Assembly: GCA_030704615.1 (NCBI GenBank)
Contig: CM060733.1
Coordinates: 68,386,001-68,450,000 of the forward strand
Reading direction: 5' to 3'
DNA: 64,000 bases
Source of the DNA: Takakia lepidozioides
Lineage: Eukaryota; Plantae; Bryophyta
Below, piece after piece: positions 38,353 through 51,699 of this stretch. The notes below the pieces were generated by a model that was given only the letters and a program-made list of their open reading frames with translations, was not told the origin of the DNA and did no database searches. The translations under genes and the position numbers were made by a program. Position 1 is the first letter of the stretch. Each line of letters begins with the position of its first letter.

Positions 38353-38912
38353 CACACCCCTACCAACAGGGAGTCGATGTCCTCATCGGCTTGTCCATTT
38401 TGTGGAAACGAACATCCAAGTTGTGGCGTCCCACATCAAGGAGTTTGTTTCCGTACCATGGCGTCCCATGGCAAAGAACCAAACCCCTCACTTGACTCTA
38501 CTCTCCACTAGCTAGTTCGGCCGACTTCTTCCAAGTCCCGGCCAAGGGTGGAGCCTCTCCAGCTCCTCCCAGTGCACTCTTCTTGGCCTACTTCAAGGCC
38601 AAGGAACGATCCTCCCCGAGGATCGAATCGCCTTACTGCAACAACATTGCTTGCGACCGGTCATGATGCTGCTTTTGGCATCACCTTGAGGAAGGGTTCA
38701 CCTCGAACCCTCTTTGACTAGGATAACCTTGAACCAACCGCGCACCCCAATCACTACAATTGGGTCCGCCTTGGAATGCTGGCCTGAGGTACGGGAACAC
38801 GCCGAAGCCGTACTACGACTTCGTCCCGAGGCTACACGATTATAGTACGTGAACGGAAGCACGTAGCTTCCGCATTAGCCCACACTACAAAGCAACCCCC
38901 TCGGTAACGCAG

Positions 38913-41900
38913 TTATAGTATGCGTACCCTCCGTACCTTCCGGATCTTCCTTTGGAGCGCCGTCTCGCCCCTGTACACCAACAAGAGCTGTTGCTTTCTA
39001 CTTAAAGCATCGGCCACCACGTTGTCCCGTCCCGGTTTGTACTGGATATCCACGTCGAACACCGCCAAAGTGTCTTGCCACCTAAGTTGTTTTGGGGACA
39101 ACTTGGGCTGCGTGGCAAAATACTTCACCGTGACATTGTCCGTGAACACCTTCACTGGGTTGGAACCAACATAGTGCCGCCAAAGCTCAAGACAGTGCAC
39201 CACCGCCTTCATCTCTTTCTCGTGCGTCGGCCACCGTCGCTCCACTTCATTCAGTTTCTTACTTTCGTAAGCCACTGGACGTCCATCTTGCATCAATACA
39301 CCCCCAATCGCGAAGTCCGATGCATCTGTATGAATCTCGAACGGACGTTCAAACTCCGGGATTTTCAAGACTGGAGCTTCCGCCATCCGCTGCTTCAATT
39401 CAGCAAAAGCTTGGCCACAAAAAGTGTTCCATGCCCAGACTTTGGATTTACACAGAAGGTCTGACAGCGGCCCCGCGATCTTGGCGAAATTTCTCACATA
39501 CTTCCGGTAATAGGAGGCGAGTCCTAGGAAGGATCGCACTCCCGGGACTGAAGTCGGAGGCTCCCAGTCCAAGATTGCCCTCACCTTCCTGTCATCCATT
39601 CTGATCCCATCCTGTGTAATCACATGCCCCAGGAACTCCACTTTTGTGACCCCGAATTCGCACTTTGAAGCTTTGGCATACAACTTGCCTTCCCGCAATT
39701 TCAAGAACACCCTTTTGAGGTGCTCCAAGTGCTCCTCCTTTGTTTTCGAATACACCAAGATGTCGTCGATGTACACGATCACAAAGTCATCCAACCACTC
39801 CTGGAGAAGGTCGTGCTAAAGGTCACGGGAGCGTTGGTGAGTCCAAAAGGCATCACCAAGAACTCATATGAACCATACCTTGTCCTGCACGCGGTCTTCT
39901 CCTCATGTCCTTCCGCCACTCGAATTTGATGATAGCCGGAGCGCAGATCGATCCGGCTGAAATACTTCGCTCCTACCAACCGATCGAAAAGGTCGTCGAT
40001 CCTTGGCAAAGGGTACCGGTTTTTGATAGTCACCTTATTCAAAGCCCTATAATCGACACACATCCGCAGCGTCCCATCCTTCTTGTCTGCGAATAGCACC
40101 GGGGCTCCGTAAGGTGACTTACTCGGCCGGATGTACCCCTTTGACATTAGATCTTTGAGCTGATTCTTCAGCTCGACCAACTCTCTGTGGCTCAACCGGT
40201 AGGGCGCCGTGGCAGGCGGTTCCGATCCCGGTATCACCTCAATCTTGTGGTCAACTCCTCTTCGCGGTGGCAAGCCGCTTGGTAAATCCTCCGGCATCAC
40301 ATCCTGGTATTTCTCCAAGATCCCCTTGATCCAATCTGGGCTCGGCTCCCCATCGCCTTCTCCCATCACTTCTCTAATGTAGAGCAAAAACTGGGGCTCG
40401 TGTGCCTCCTCTACGGCCCACTCCCTTGCTGACAGAAGGTTTATTCGCCCTCCCACAGGTTTGGGCGTTTCTAACACTCGTAAGACCTCGCCACCATTCC
40501 CACATGGCAGCGTGACTACTCTCTTGCGGCCATCTATGACTGCTCCAGATTTGCTCAAAAAGGTCATCCCCAAAATGAGATTCACTCCATCGATTTCGCA
40601 GATGGTGAAGTTCTCACGTCCCTCCCAACTCCCCAGTTGAAGAGGAACATCAAACGCCAACCTTGTCGGTTCTCCTTTGGCAGAACGCACCTCAATAGAG
40701 GCCCTCACGTCACTTGTCGGGAGTCCCAGCTTTTGTGCCGTTGCCGGTGTCATGAAGGAGTGCGACGCTCCTGTGTCCACCAACAACGACACGTTAGTTC
40801 CGGATATTATCCCATCCACGAACAATAACTGACTCCCTTTACGTAAGGCGCCAGTTTCCTGATACAACTCACAAGAAAATTTGCCTACCTTGCAAGTCTT
40901 GGCGACCACCGCTTCCACCAAGCGACTGATGGTATCTTCCGACAGCTCTGTGGTTGCCCGAGTCATGTTCAATTGCCAGGGCTTCGTGCACTTCTTGGCC
41001 ATGTGCCCGGGCTCCCCGCAATTGAAACACACTCCATCAAAGGTCGCCTTCTGTCCGCCATAGGCCGCTCCACCCGCTTTTCCTTTCGAAGCACCGGGTG
41101 CTGCCTTGACTTGTGAAGGCCCTCTCTTCGATTTCCACGTGCCATTGTCGCCGCGTGGCCTATCCCACTTCTTTTCCGGTCGGAAGGAGTCACCTTCCCG
41201 CCGGGTCTTCTTGTGGTTCACCTCTGTATGGCCTTGTCTTTCACCCTTAGGGACATCCGAGAAACATTCAACCCTCTCAATTGCCTCGTTCAAAGTCTTA
41301 GGTGGCTTCTCCTCCAACTTCCACCTGGCCCCTTGGGCCAGGCCCGCCACAAAGTTGAAGACCATTTCTGGTTCTGCCATGTCCGTGACTTCGAGCAACA
41401 GCACATTGAAAGCCTGGACATATCCCCGAATGTCATCTGTTTGCTTCAAATTCCTCATCTTGTCCCGGGCGAGCCAGGACGCGTTGAGGGGCACAAATTG
41501 CCTCTGAATCAATTCCCTGAACCCACTCCAGTTCAAGGTTTCCGGGCTTGGGCCTCGGTCGTGAAGGCGTTTCTGCCACCATTGTTGAGCATAGCCCCTC
41601 AAATAGGTGGGAGCCATTTCCACTCGATCCTCGTCACTCAACTTGGCCGCCCGGAAGTACTGCTCTAGCTCCAAGAGCCAGGTGTTGAGTGCCTTCCGAT
41701 TTTGGACGCCCTCGAAGGTGTCGGGTTCCTTAGGCTTCACCTTAAACTTTGCCTTAGTGGAAGTAGCATTAGCCGCCTTCAACACGTCTTTCAATGTCCC
41801 GCCAAATTGTGCGAACAACCCTTCCCAAAAGGCTGCCGGCATGGGAGGCATCTGTTGGTCGGTTGGAGCTCTCAGGGATTCCTCAGGCTCCGACTCCTCA

Positions 41901-42103
41901 GATTCCTCCCGCTCTTGAGTGGCCTCGTTTTCGGAAACATGAATCGCTTCCCCAAACGGCCGCCTCGGTGACACGTCGCCCCCATCGGGCTCACCAGGAT
42001 CATCATCTTTTGGGCCGTTCCGCTTTCGCTTTGGCTTGCCCGACCCCATGATGAGGCCAATCCCAAGGACGATCGCGTACTGAACTCTATGCTCTGATAC
42101 CAA
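38913..42103 (-). pseudogene. gag-pol: Gypsy B gag-pol (gag, PR, RT, RH); integrase mostly lost
   Basis: [51 protein letters not shown]; frameshift or deletion near 39800. Confidence 0.93.
42091..42102 (-). other. Primer-binding site (tRNA-iMet)
   Basis: TGGTATCAGAGC on the minus strand, 2 bp from the LTR end. Confidence 0.92.
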
Positions 42104-42104
42104 G

Positions 42105-42660
42105 TGTCGCGCACCTCACTTCGGTAAGCTCCCCCCTCAAGTCATAGTTACTCGCTTGATGCGCGCGCCTAACTCCCAACCTGGCCGCCGGGCCAACTTG
42201 GAGCTCCGGCTGCTCACCGGGACATAACGGTCCCCCTTTGATCTCCCAAAGAACCCTCCAACGATTTAGAACCAGCGGAATTCCCTTGGTACTTGGCAGT
42301 CCGGAACAGCTCCCCACTCTTTGGTCGCTTTCCGGCTCGCTCGCTTACTCACTAGTTTTTGGTCACCAACGGGCTTGCACCGTTCTCGGGGTTACTACTC
42401 CCTATATATACTTCTGTAGCTGTCCGCGGGGGTTTCACAAACAACCATGCCATTTTATGGCGAACCACCATGAACACCCTCGACTCCCGGTGATGAGTCG
42501 CGGTGAGTTTTGGCCCACCCACCACGGCCCCTATGGACCGTGATGAGTCCCAAGACTCCCCACGACTCCCACCACGAGGTCTCCGCCCCAGGGTGAGTCC
42601 TATGCCACCCCCACTAAGTCCCGCTCAGCTACCACCACCCCCACCGCAACCCGGGGTGTG
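42105..42660 (-). repeat. 5' LTR of Gypsy B, truncated
   Basis: Matches 37629-38200, then switches abruptly to CACTA sequence. Confidence 0.92.
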
Positions 42661-44855
42661 GCATGTCCCGGCTCTCAATCTTCTACGAGTTGTAAGCAAA
42701 AAATAAGTAAGCCCACACATGGGCTGAATTGTTCTAGTACTAGTTTGTTCTAATGCTTCTAGAATCAAGGACCCTGTAAACCAGTGCAATACTTCTTATC
42801 CCAGGTACAAGTCCGAAATGCATCCCTCCATACAGATGATTCCATTGAATGTCCTCAAATTTCTCATATGAAATTGCACCGAGTTGAGGGTTTATGACAA
42901 ATTATATGGAAATTTCGTGATGCGCAAGATCTGAAAATCTGGCACCTCCTTGATCCCATGCATATTGAGACGAATGTGTGCTCGTCACTTCTTCGTGTAC
43001 TGGCAAACTTAACCGGGGGGAAGAAAAAGCTGAGTGGTGATCACCTTGGTGTGAGGCGAGAGCTCCAAGCCCAAAACCGTATGCAACTACTATGGCCTCA
43101 AGAAGATGGTGTGGACATGAACAATGTTAGGGCGCCAACTTGGACATGGACAAAGGAGGAATGAAAGCAAGTCCAAACCACAATACGAGGTATCCGGACC
43201 CCAACCGGGTATGGCGCATCTCTACGCAACAAATTTGAGGATGCCGCCACCATCCATGGTTTGAAGTCTCATGACTACCACAACATTTTGCAAGACATCC
43301 TTCCCGTTGCAATAGGGCATTCGAAAAGCCGTCTATCGACTGGGGGACTTGTTCCGCTGGATGTGCACAAAAGAGATGGAAGAGAAGGATTTCGAACGAA
43401 TGAAAGTGGAGGCGGCCACAGTGTTGTGTATGTTGGAGATGCATCTTCCCCATAATTTCTTTGACCTCCAAGTGCACTTGGTAGTGCATTTGGTGGAGGA
43501 GGCCGAGATTGCCGGTCCAGTCCATGCTCGTTGGATGTACTTTCTTGAGCGCTATATGAAGGACTTGATAGCACATGTGCGGCAAAGGGCGCATCCCGAG
43601 GGTAGTATGGCGGAGGGGTACACCTTGCAGGAGGCTATGGTTCTATGTACGGAGTACATGAAGAGGGTGGACAAAGACGCTCGTGGAAGGAAGAGGGGGA
43701 TGTAAAAAGCAAGGAGCAAGTTTTGCCAAATAAGTCCAAGAGGGTGAAGCTTTCCGTCACATTGGTAGAGCAAGCACATGCATTTGTGTTGAAGAACACC
43801 CCGTGTATAGTGGATTGGAGGCAAGACATGCGAATGAGAATGCACGGCGGTTGGAAGCTAGTCACACTTGGAGAAGCACACATGGACGGGATCAGGCGCG
43901 TGCATCACGAGGGCGAGGCCGCGGGCGAGGGCCGGTTTCCGCTTTGCCTTCTGATTTGCAGCAATTGAGACCCTTCCGTCATTGGCTTCGGAGTGCAGTT
44001 GAGCATGAAATGAACACGGTGAGGTGGTGTCACTCTTGGTGTGCGAGCTAGCGAGGGGGCCATCCCAATATGCCCTTTCCTTCACCTCAATGTGGGTTCA
44101 TGGTCGCCATTTCCGCATCCGTTCTCTTGACATGCACTGGAAGACCACTTTTGACTCCGGTTTGTGTGCGACATATTGGAAAGATTCCATTTCAAGCACA
44201 AGGGACACTCGACCCGAAAGAAGCAAGCTTGAATATATTGGGGATCTTGATGCCATTTGCAACTTCAGTATGATAAGTATCGACCTATTATTTTCAAGGG
44301 GAGGTGGTTCCGATCCAACACTGTAGAGGCAAATGCAACACTACAACAAGATGAATGTGGCTTCATGTCAATGCGGATAGGATCATTCCTTGTTGTTGCA
44401 TCACTAACGAGCCGTTTGCATGGCCTTCCGATATGGAGCAAGTCTTCTTTTCCGCGGATATTAGATCGGGCAATTGGAAGGTGGTTGTGCTGGTTGTGCA
44501 TGCTCGGCCAAGAGGAAGGCGCATTTATCATGGCGAGGGTTCTAAGTGGGGTACGGAAGATGAAGACCCACGGGATCATGAAGAGGAGGGGGAAGAGGCC
44601 GTGCAAGAGGAAGAGGAGGCCGAGGATGAGCCGGTAGAGATGATAATGCATGGGTGGAGGCAATTGAGGAACAACTGGCCTATGAGGATCATTCAGCCGG
44701 TGCATGAGCCACATCATGGGTATACGGATGATGATTCGCCATGTGATGAGGCTTCAGATAGGGAGGACATTAATGTTGATCATGATCATGAGTACGCTAG
44801 AGAAGATTTGGAGCTTGACAATGAAGATGACCCTCCCGATGATATTCCGGAGTAG
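42661..44855 (+). pseudogene. tnpD: CACTA transposase 3' exons (DUF4218/DUF4216-like)
   Basis: SIFYEL, LDPMHIETNV, GLKSHDYH, FFDLQVHLVVHL..GPVHARWMYFLERYM..PEGSMAEGY, EPFAWPSDMEQVFF. Confidence 0.92.
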
Positions 44856-46154
44856 TAGTATCCGTAAGACTATTAGCACCGAGCTATTTGCATCCTACGA
44901 GTTCTCGCTGGATGCTTGGGACCTCAGGATACAACATGAGTGGGATGTGTATGACAGACCTAAGGTTGTTTTGAGACCGGGATCGCGTAGAGGGGCATAG
45001 TAGATATTCGCTTGATGTACTTTGTATACATTAACCGATTAACCGATTGATGGGTATCTTTCTTCTTGTTGCTCATCTTTTGTTGCTCATCTTTAATAAA
45101 GCAAAGTTTCAAAGCAAACAAAAATCATTTGGATGGGCAACCATCCGTTGGCCCCTTGAATGAATTTTGATTTATCTCATATTTATCCGGGACATGTCGG
45201 ATGGTATGCAGAACATACTTGCAAAGTTTCAAAGCAAAAAAAAACCATTTGGATGGGCGACGATTCGATCGTCCTTTGAATGAATTTCGATTGATGTCAT
45301 ATTTGTCTGCGACCTATCAGATGGTATACTGAACATACTAGCAAAGTTTGAAAGTAAACAAAAATCATTTGGATGGTCAACTGTTCGTTCGCCCTTTGAA
45401 TGGACATGTACGTGTTATGGAGACGGAAAGCCGTGTTTTGCCTGCACATGAATGTTTTTTAACTCCATTTTTCAACCATATGCTTAATGACATCATATGC
45501 AATGTGCGTGCATAATTTGGGAGTGAACAAAAGTCACCTGTACCCAAAACCATATTTTCTGCCCTCATTTGCACTCCAAAGTTGATTTGAATTCAACTTC
45601 ATGCACTCTTCATAGAGAGTTCTGCAATAGTGACCCAAGAAAACACATATTATTTTATTATTTATTTATTTATTTTTGTTTGGTCCGAAACTTTGCATAG
45701 ATGTAGTATTGTGGGGGTTTGAATTCACAAAAAAAAAATTGAGGCAAAACAAAAATCATTATGTAGCAAATATCTGCAATCATAGTCATTATGTATTTAA
45801 AATTCATTAAAATTCGATTTAATTCAAAATTGGTTGAGGGGTGAGTGTGTCGTTGGGGAGACAAATGTTTTTTTTTTTGTGCGACACATATATTCAAGCA
45901 TATGCGAGCAAAAGTTAAGCTTGAACCACATCCGTTCATGGATGCAATAGCCGTTCACCCATGACAGGATTTTTTAAAAAATGAACAAAATTGGAAGACA
46001 GGGTGAACTTGTCCTTGGGGGGCAAATAATTTTGTTTTGTTTTGAAAGGGAAGACTCCGGTCAAAGCCGGCATAACTAAGAGTCACTTCGCCTTGCTACT
46101 ACTGCCACTTTTCAGAGGTGGGCCCTGTAATAAAGGAAAGTTTCAAAGTTTCAA

Positions 46155-46729
46155 TGTCGCGGCTCTTTGCCTTGAGGGCGGGGGGTCAGTGGCAGCAGTA
46201 GGGAAGGGGGCTGAAGCACCCTTGAGTCCCAAAGGCACTCAAGGAGGCAGATGCGCTCACTAGGTGGACTAGCCCCGCAAACCGGGTTGCGGTGAGGGCT
46301 CTACGTGGGGTGGTGGACGTAGCTTAAGGAGTCGTAGTGGGGGTGGATTAGGACTCACCACTACACAGGGCTGAGGCCTTGTAGTGGGAGCGTGGGGAGT
46401 CTTGTAGGGGCTCACCGCGGTCCATTGGGGCCGTGGTGGGTTTCACTGCGACTCATCACAGGGTCTTGGTGGTGGTTCACCATAAAAGGATTGGGCTGTT
46501 TGTGAGACCCCCGCTGACACCTACAGAAGTATATACAGGGAGTGCTAACCCCGAGAACGGTGCAAGCCCGTTATGTGACCAAAAGCTAGAGATTAAACAA
46601 GCAATCTGGAAAGCGACTAAGGTCTGGGGAGCTATTCCGGACTGGGCGGCTAGTTTGGGAGTTAGGCACGCGCACCAAAGCGAGTAACTATGACCTCCCG
46701 GGGAGTTTACGAAAATGAGGTGTGTGACA
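46155..46729 (+). mobile_element. Diverged solo LTR related to family B (internally deleted)
   Basis: TGTCGCGG...GTGACA with TTCAA on both flanks. Confidence 0.85.
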
Positions 46730-47806
46730 TTCAAAACAAACAAAAATCATTTGGATGGGCAACCATCCGTTGGCCCAGTGAATGAATTTCGATTGATCTC
46801 GTATTTGTCTGGGACATGTCAGATGGTATGCAAAACATACTTGCAAAGTTTTAAAGCAAACAAGAATCATTTGGATGGGCGACGATTCGATTGCCCTTTG
46901 AATGAATTTTGATTGATGTCATATTTGTCTGCAACCTGTCAGATGGCATACTGAACATACTGGCAAAGTTTGAAAGTAAACAAAAATCATTTGGATGGTC
47001 AACTGTTCGTTTGCCCTTTGAATGTTGTGGAGACGGAAAGCTGCGATTCGCCTGCACATGAATTTTTTTAATTCCATTTTTCAACCATATGCTTTATGAC
47101 AACATACGCAATGTGCGTGTAGCATTTGGGAGTGAACAAAAGTCACCTGTACCCAAAACCATATTTTTTGCCCTCATTTACACTCCAAAGTTGATTTGAA
47201 TTCAACTTCATGCACTCTTCATAGAGAGTTCTGCAATAGTGACCCAGGAATTTTTTATTTTTTTATTTTTTATTTTTCATTTTTGTTTGGTCCGAAATTT
47301 TGCATGGATGTAGTATTGGAGGGTTTGAATTCACAAAGAAAAAAGAAAAAAGACCAAAAAAACCAAAAATAAAACCAAAAATAAAATCATTATATAGCAA
47401 ATATCTGTAATCATAGTCATTCTAAATCCAATTATGTATTTAAAATTCATTAAAATTCGATTTAATTCAATTGGTTGAGAGGTGAGTGCGTCGTTGGGGA
47501 GGTAAATGTTTTTTTTTTCTATTGAATCTTTGCACATATGTGACACATATATTCAAGCATATGCGGGCAAAAGTTGAGCTTGAACCACATCCGTTCATGG
47601 GTGCAATAGCTGTTCACCCATGAGAGGATTTTTTCTTTAAATGAACAAAATTGGAAGATATGGTGAACGTGTCCTTGGGGGACAAATGATTTTGTTTTGT
47701 TTTGAGAGAGAGGACTCCGGTCAAAGCCGGCATAACTAAGAGCCACTTCGCCTTGCTACTACTGCCCCTTTTTAGGGGTGGGCCTTGTAATAAAGGAAAG
47801 TTTCAA

Positions 47807-49236
47807 TGTCGTGGCTCTTTGCCTTGAGGGCGGGGAGTCGGGACACAAGAGGGGTTGCCCCTGTGGTGGGGGCAATGGCAGCAGTAGGGAAGGGGGTTGA
47901 AGCACCCTTGAGTGCCTTTGCAGATGCGCTCACTAGGTAGAGCCCGGCCGCAAACCTGTTTGCGGTGGGGGCTCCACGTGGGGTGGTGATAGCTTAGGGA
48001 GTCGTAGTGGGGGTGGTTTAGGACTCACCACTGCACGGGGCCAAGGCCCTGTGGTGGGAGTCGGGGGAGTCTTGGAGCTCACCACGGTCCATTGGGGCCA
48101 TAGTGGATGGGCCAAGACTCACCACGACTCATCACAGGGAGGCTTCCCACGAAGCCTGAATGCAATGACGAGTACCTTCAATGATCTGAATAGAAACCAT
48201 TATCTTGAGCTTTATGCCTGATTTGTGGAGGGGTATCTTTGCCCCCCCCCAATCCCTGAAAACATCGATAACATCTTGATGCCATCAAGGTTGAGTGGCC
48301 GTAGCACTGAGGAGTGAGATGCAACTGTGTATACAGAGAAGTTGTTCCCCAACGCTGCAAATCGTGCACTAGAATTGAAGTTTGCCCGCATGTGATCCTA
48401 TCAAATCCTAAACATGTCTGATCACAGTGAAAGATTAAAATGGTACAATGTTAGTTCAATGGACGGGGCACGTACCTCAATCACGTTCTCTGAGATGGGT
48501 GTAGGAATGTTGGGAATTGTCCACACCAGATTCCACCTTCTGCACCACATCATGATTTCTTTTTGTGGATCAGGGTATTTCACGCGATACAACCGCGATC
48601 AACCCATACAAGGTTCTTTCATTTTGTACCTTACCTGTGCCACGTCTTCCACTCCGTAGAATTTACAACATTTCGTCATTTGAACTTTCGGACACCTCCA
48701 TCTAGTCAACTTGCAGCAAACTATGTCTGCCCTGCCCCCATAAACTCACGAACGATTAAGATAACCCGTATTGAGAACTTGAAAAAAACAGTGAAGTGCT
48801 TTCCCTCCAGCCCAATGTGGATGACGTGGTTGTTTTCAGAGAGATTATTACAAGGACTTCCCCCCAACAATCAAATTGATCCCATTGTACTTCCTAGCAA
48901 GGTTGAATAAATCTCTGGTACTCAAGAACACTAGTTTGCTTGCTTGCTTCCCACCAAACCTGAATGCAACGACGGGTATTTTCAATGATCTGAATAGAGA
49001 CCACTATCTTGAGCTTTATGCTTGATTTGTGGAGGGCTATCTGATCCCCCCCCCCCCCCCCCCCAATCCCTGAAAATAGCGATAGCACCTTGATGCCATC
49101 TGGGTTGCGTGGTCATGATACCTCTAGTCACTTGTTCTCTCCCATTATGCCCCGGCGGCTAGTTTGGGAGTTAGGTGCGCGACCAAAGCGAGTAACTATG
49201 ACCTCGCGGGAGTTTACGGAAGTGAAGTGCGCGACA
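47807..49236 (+). mobile_element. Second copy of the same solo LTR, middle replaced by about 1 kb of DRM-derived sequence
   Basis: TGTCGTGG at 47807, GCGACA ending at 49236, same TTCAA flanks. Confidence 0.8.
48140..49115 (-). pseudogene. DRM: Two tandem fragments of a DRM (domains-rearranged) de novo cytosine methyltransferase
   Basis: LSLFSGIGG..IALHKSSIKLKIVVSIQI..WW and NLIVGGSPCNNLS..GLEGKH (49115-48745); then WCRRWNLVW, a GT-AG intron, ALGNNFSVYTVASH..GIKMLSMFSGIGG (48600-48140). Confidence 0.85.
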
Positions 49237-49768
49237 TTCAAAGTAAACAAAAAACATTTGGATGGGCAACCATCCGTTGGCCCATTGAATGAATTTCGAT
49301 TGATCTCATATTTGTATGGGACATGTCGGATGGTATGCAAAACATACTTGCAAAGTTTCAAAGCAAACAAGAATCATTTGGATGGGCGACGATTCGATCG
49401 CCCTTTGAATGAATTCCGTTCGATGTCATATTTGTTTGTGACCTGTCAGATGGCATACTGAACATATTGGCAAAGTTTGAAAGTAAACAAAAATCATTTG
49501 GATGGTCAACTGTTTGTTCCCCCTTTGAATGAACATCTACGTGTTATGGAGATGGAAAGCTGCGTTTCGCCTGCACATGCATTTTTCTTAACTCCATTGT
49601 TCAACCATATGCTTAATGACAGCATACGCAATGTACTTGCAAAATTTGGGAGTGAACAAAAGTCATATGCACCCAAAACCATATTTTCTGCCCTCATTTG
49701 CACTCCAAAGTTGATTTGAATTCAACTTCATGCACTCTTCATAAAGAGTTCTGCAATAGTGACCCAAG

Positions 49769-49800
<32 letters not shown>

Positions 49801-51699
49801 TTTGGTTTGGTCTGAAATTTTGCATGGATGTAGTATTGTGGGGTTTGAATTAACAGATCAAAATTGAGCAAAAACAAAAATCATTATGTAGCAAATATCT
49901 GCAATCATAGTCATTCTAAATCCAATTATGTATTTAAAATTAATTAAAATTCGATTTAATTCAAAATTGGTTGAGGGGTGAGTGCGTCGTTGGGGAGGAA
50001 AATGTTTTTTTTTTTCTATTGAATCTTTGCACATGTGTGACACATATATTCTAGCATATGCGGGCAAAAGTTGAGCTTGAACCACATCCGTTCATGGGTG
50101 CAATAGCCGTTCACCCATTAGAAGAGTTTTTTTTACAATGAACAAAATTGGAAGACAGGGTGAACGTGTCCTTGGGGGGCAAATGATTTTGTTTTGTTTT
50201 GAGAGAGAAGACTCCGGTCGAAGCCGGCATAACTAACAGCCACTTCGCCTTGGATGGCATGTCGGATGGTATGCAAAACATACTTGCAAAGTTTCAAAGC
50301 AAACAAGAATCATTTGGATTGGCGACGATTTGATCGCCCTTTGATAATATGATGATTGATTTGATGTTTGATGTTTGGTTTGATGATTCTTGATTGATGA
50401 TTTTGATTGTTATTGTTGATTATTGATTATTGATTATTGATTGTTTTTTGTTTTTTGTTTTTTGAAATCTTGATATTTTATTATGTGAAGGGAAAAAATA
50501 AAACCTTGTGGGGCCATAAGGCAAACACACCTGACGGTGAGGGACAAACCCAGAGTACTTTTAACGGAGAGAAATCCATCCAAGAGGATGAGGTGGAATG
50601 CTACGATTAAAAACAACAGCTAGGAGAGGGCCAAGAGTGAATTTAGTGCTCACGAGATGCGAGCTCCAAATGAGGGCAAGGGTATGCCAACTAGCCCTAC
50701 AGATTACTACCACTGCGATCAATGAAAAGAGCATCCTATAAGTGAACTGGCAGTTTAGAACAAGGAAGCCAGGATCCTGGGGGTGCACTCCTCATTAAAT
50801 GTACCAGCCACGTGCGTGCATAGGAGGGGGTATTTTAAACCCCCCCATGTACAACATTATACATACAGAGGGGGGTTTAAAACACCTTAAATATAATTTT
50901 ACAGGAGGGGGTTGTTGAGTTTTAAGGGGTAGTGTAGTGGTAAGAGCAGTGTTTAGGCCGCGATGCACCGCGGGATCAAATCGCGGGATCATCCTTTTGT
51001 TTGTTTGTTTGTTTTTTTTTTTTTTTCTATCCGCGATCTTTCTCCCCTTCCCTCCGCGGCTTTCTCTTTTCCCTCTCCTCCTCTTATCTCCTCTCCACTC
51101 CTCTCCCGCGTTCGCCTTCCCTCCCGTGGCTTTCTCTTTTCCCTCCTCTCCTCTCCCCTCCTCTCCACAGGGCATGGTATTCTTCCTGATGTTTACAAGG
51201 TTTAGGGGAGAGTGAGCTTGGTCTTAGCAGGCCATTTTGTGGTGGTTTCTCAAAGACCAATCCGACATTACCTGACTACAGACACCAGCAGCACACCGAA
51301 GCGATCCTTTTGGGTTGATAGGAGGGCAAATCCTCCATGGGTCATGACACAAGGTCAAGAACAATGTGATGAGGGAACCTTCTTCTTTGACCTATTTCAG
51401 CCTGTCTTGTCCTCTCATCAGAGTCGGCCCTGAATTTGCAGCACTGAGCAGACCTGGCATGAGTTTTTAGAAGATTGACAATGGTGGGACAACTGCAATC
51501 GCAAGGTGTGGCATTTTCTTAAGGTACGATGTGAAGAATTTTTTCCATCCTGCTATTGCGGGCTCTTGCCTCCTATTAGTACCTGATTTGGTATTCTTCC
51601 AGATGTTTATAAGGTTCTTGGGAGAGTCAGCTTGGTCTTAGCAGGTCGTGCTCAGCTGGACCGTGGTGGTTCTCACTAACCAATCCATCGTTACCTGAC

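Larger units (their letters stand above)
37629..42660 (-). mobile_element. Ty3/Gypsy family B element with tRNA-iMet PBS; 5' LTR broken by the inversion
   Basis: Two closely similar LTRs, PBS, gag-pol on the minus strand, 5-bp TSD GTGCG (37624-37628 and reverse complement 28568-28572). Confidence 0.93.
45100..50345. repeat. Tandemly triplicated block (about 1.05-kb unit plus solo LTR) containing ~120-bp subrepeats
   Basis: Units start at about 45100, 46730, 49237; subrepeat gcaaagtttcaaagcaaacaaaaatcatttggatgggc. Confidence 0.88.

Noticed and set aside
38380-38520. Chromodomain at the end of Gypsy B pol
   Set aside because: Too degenerate to support from sequence alone
51000-51170. CT-rich tract and its K/E/G-rich ORF
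   Set aside because: Low-complexity sequence
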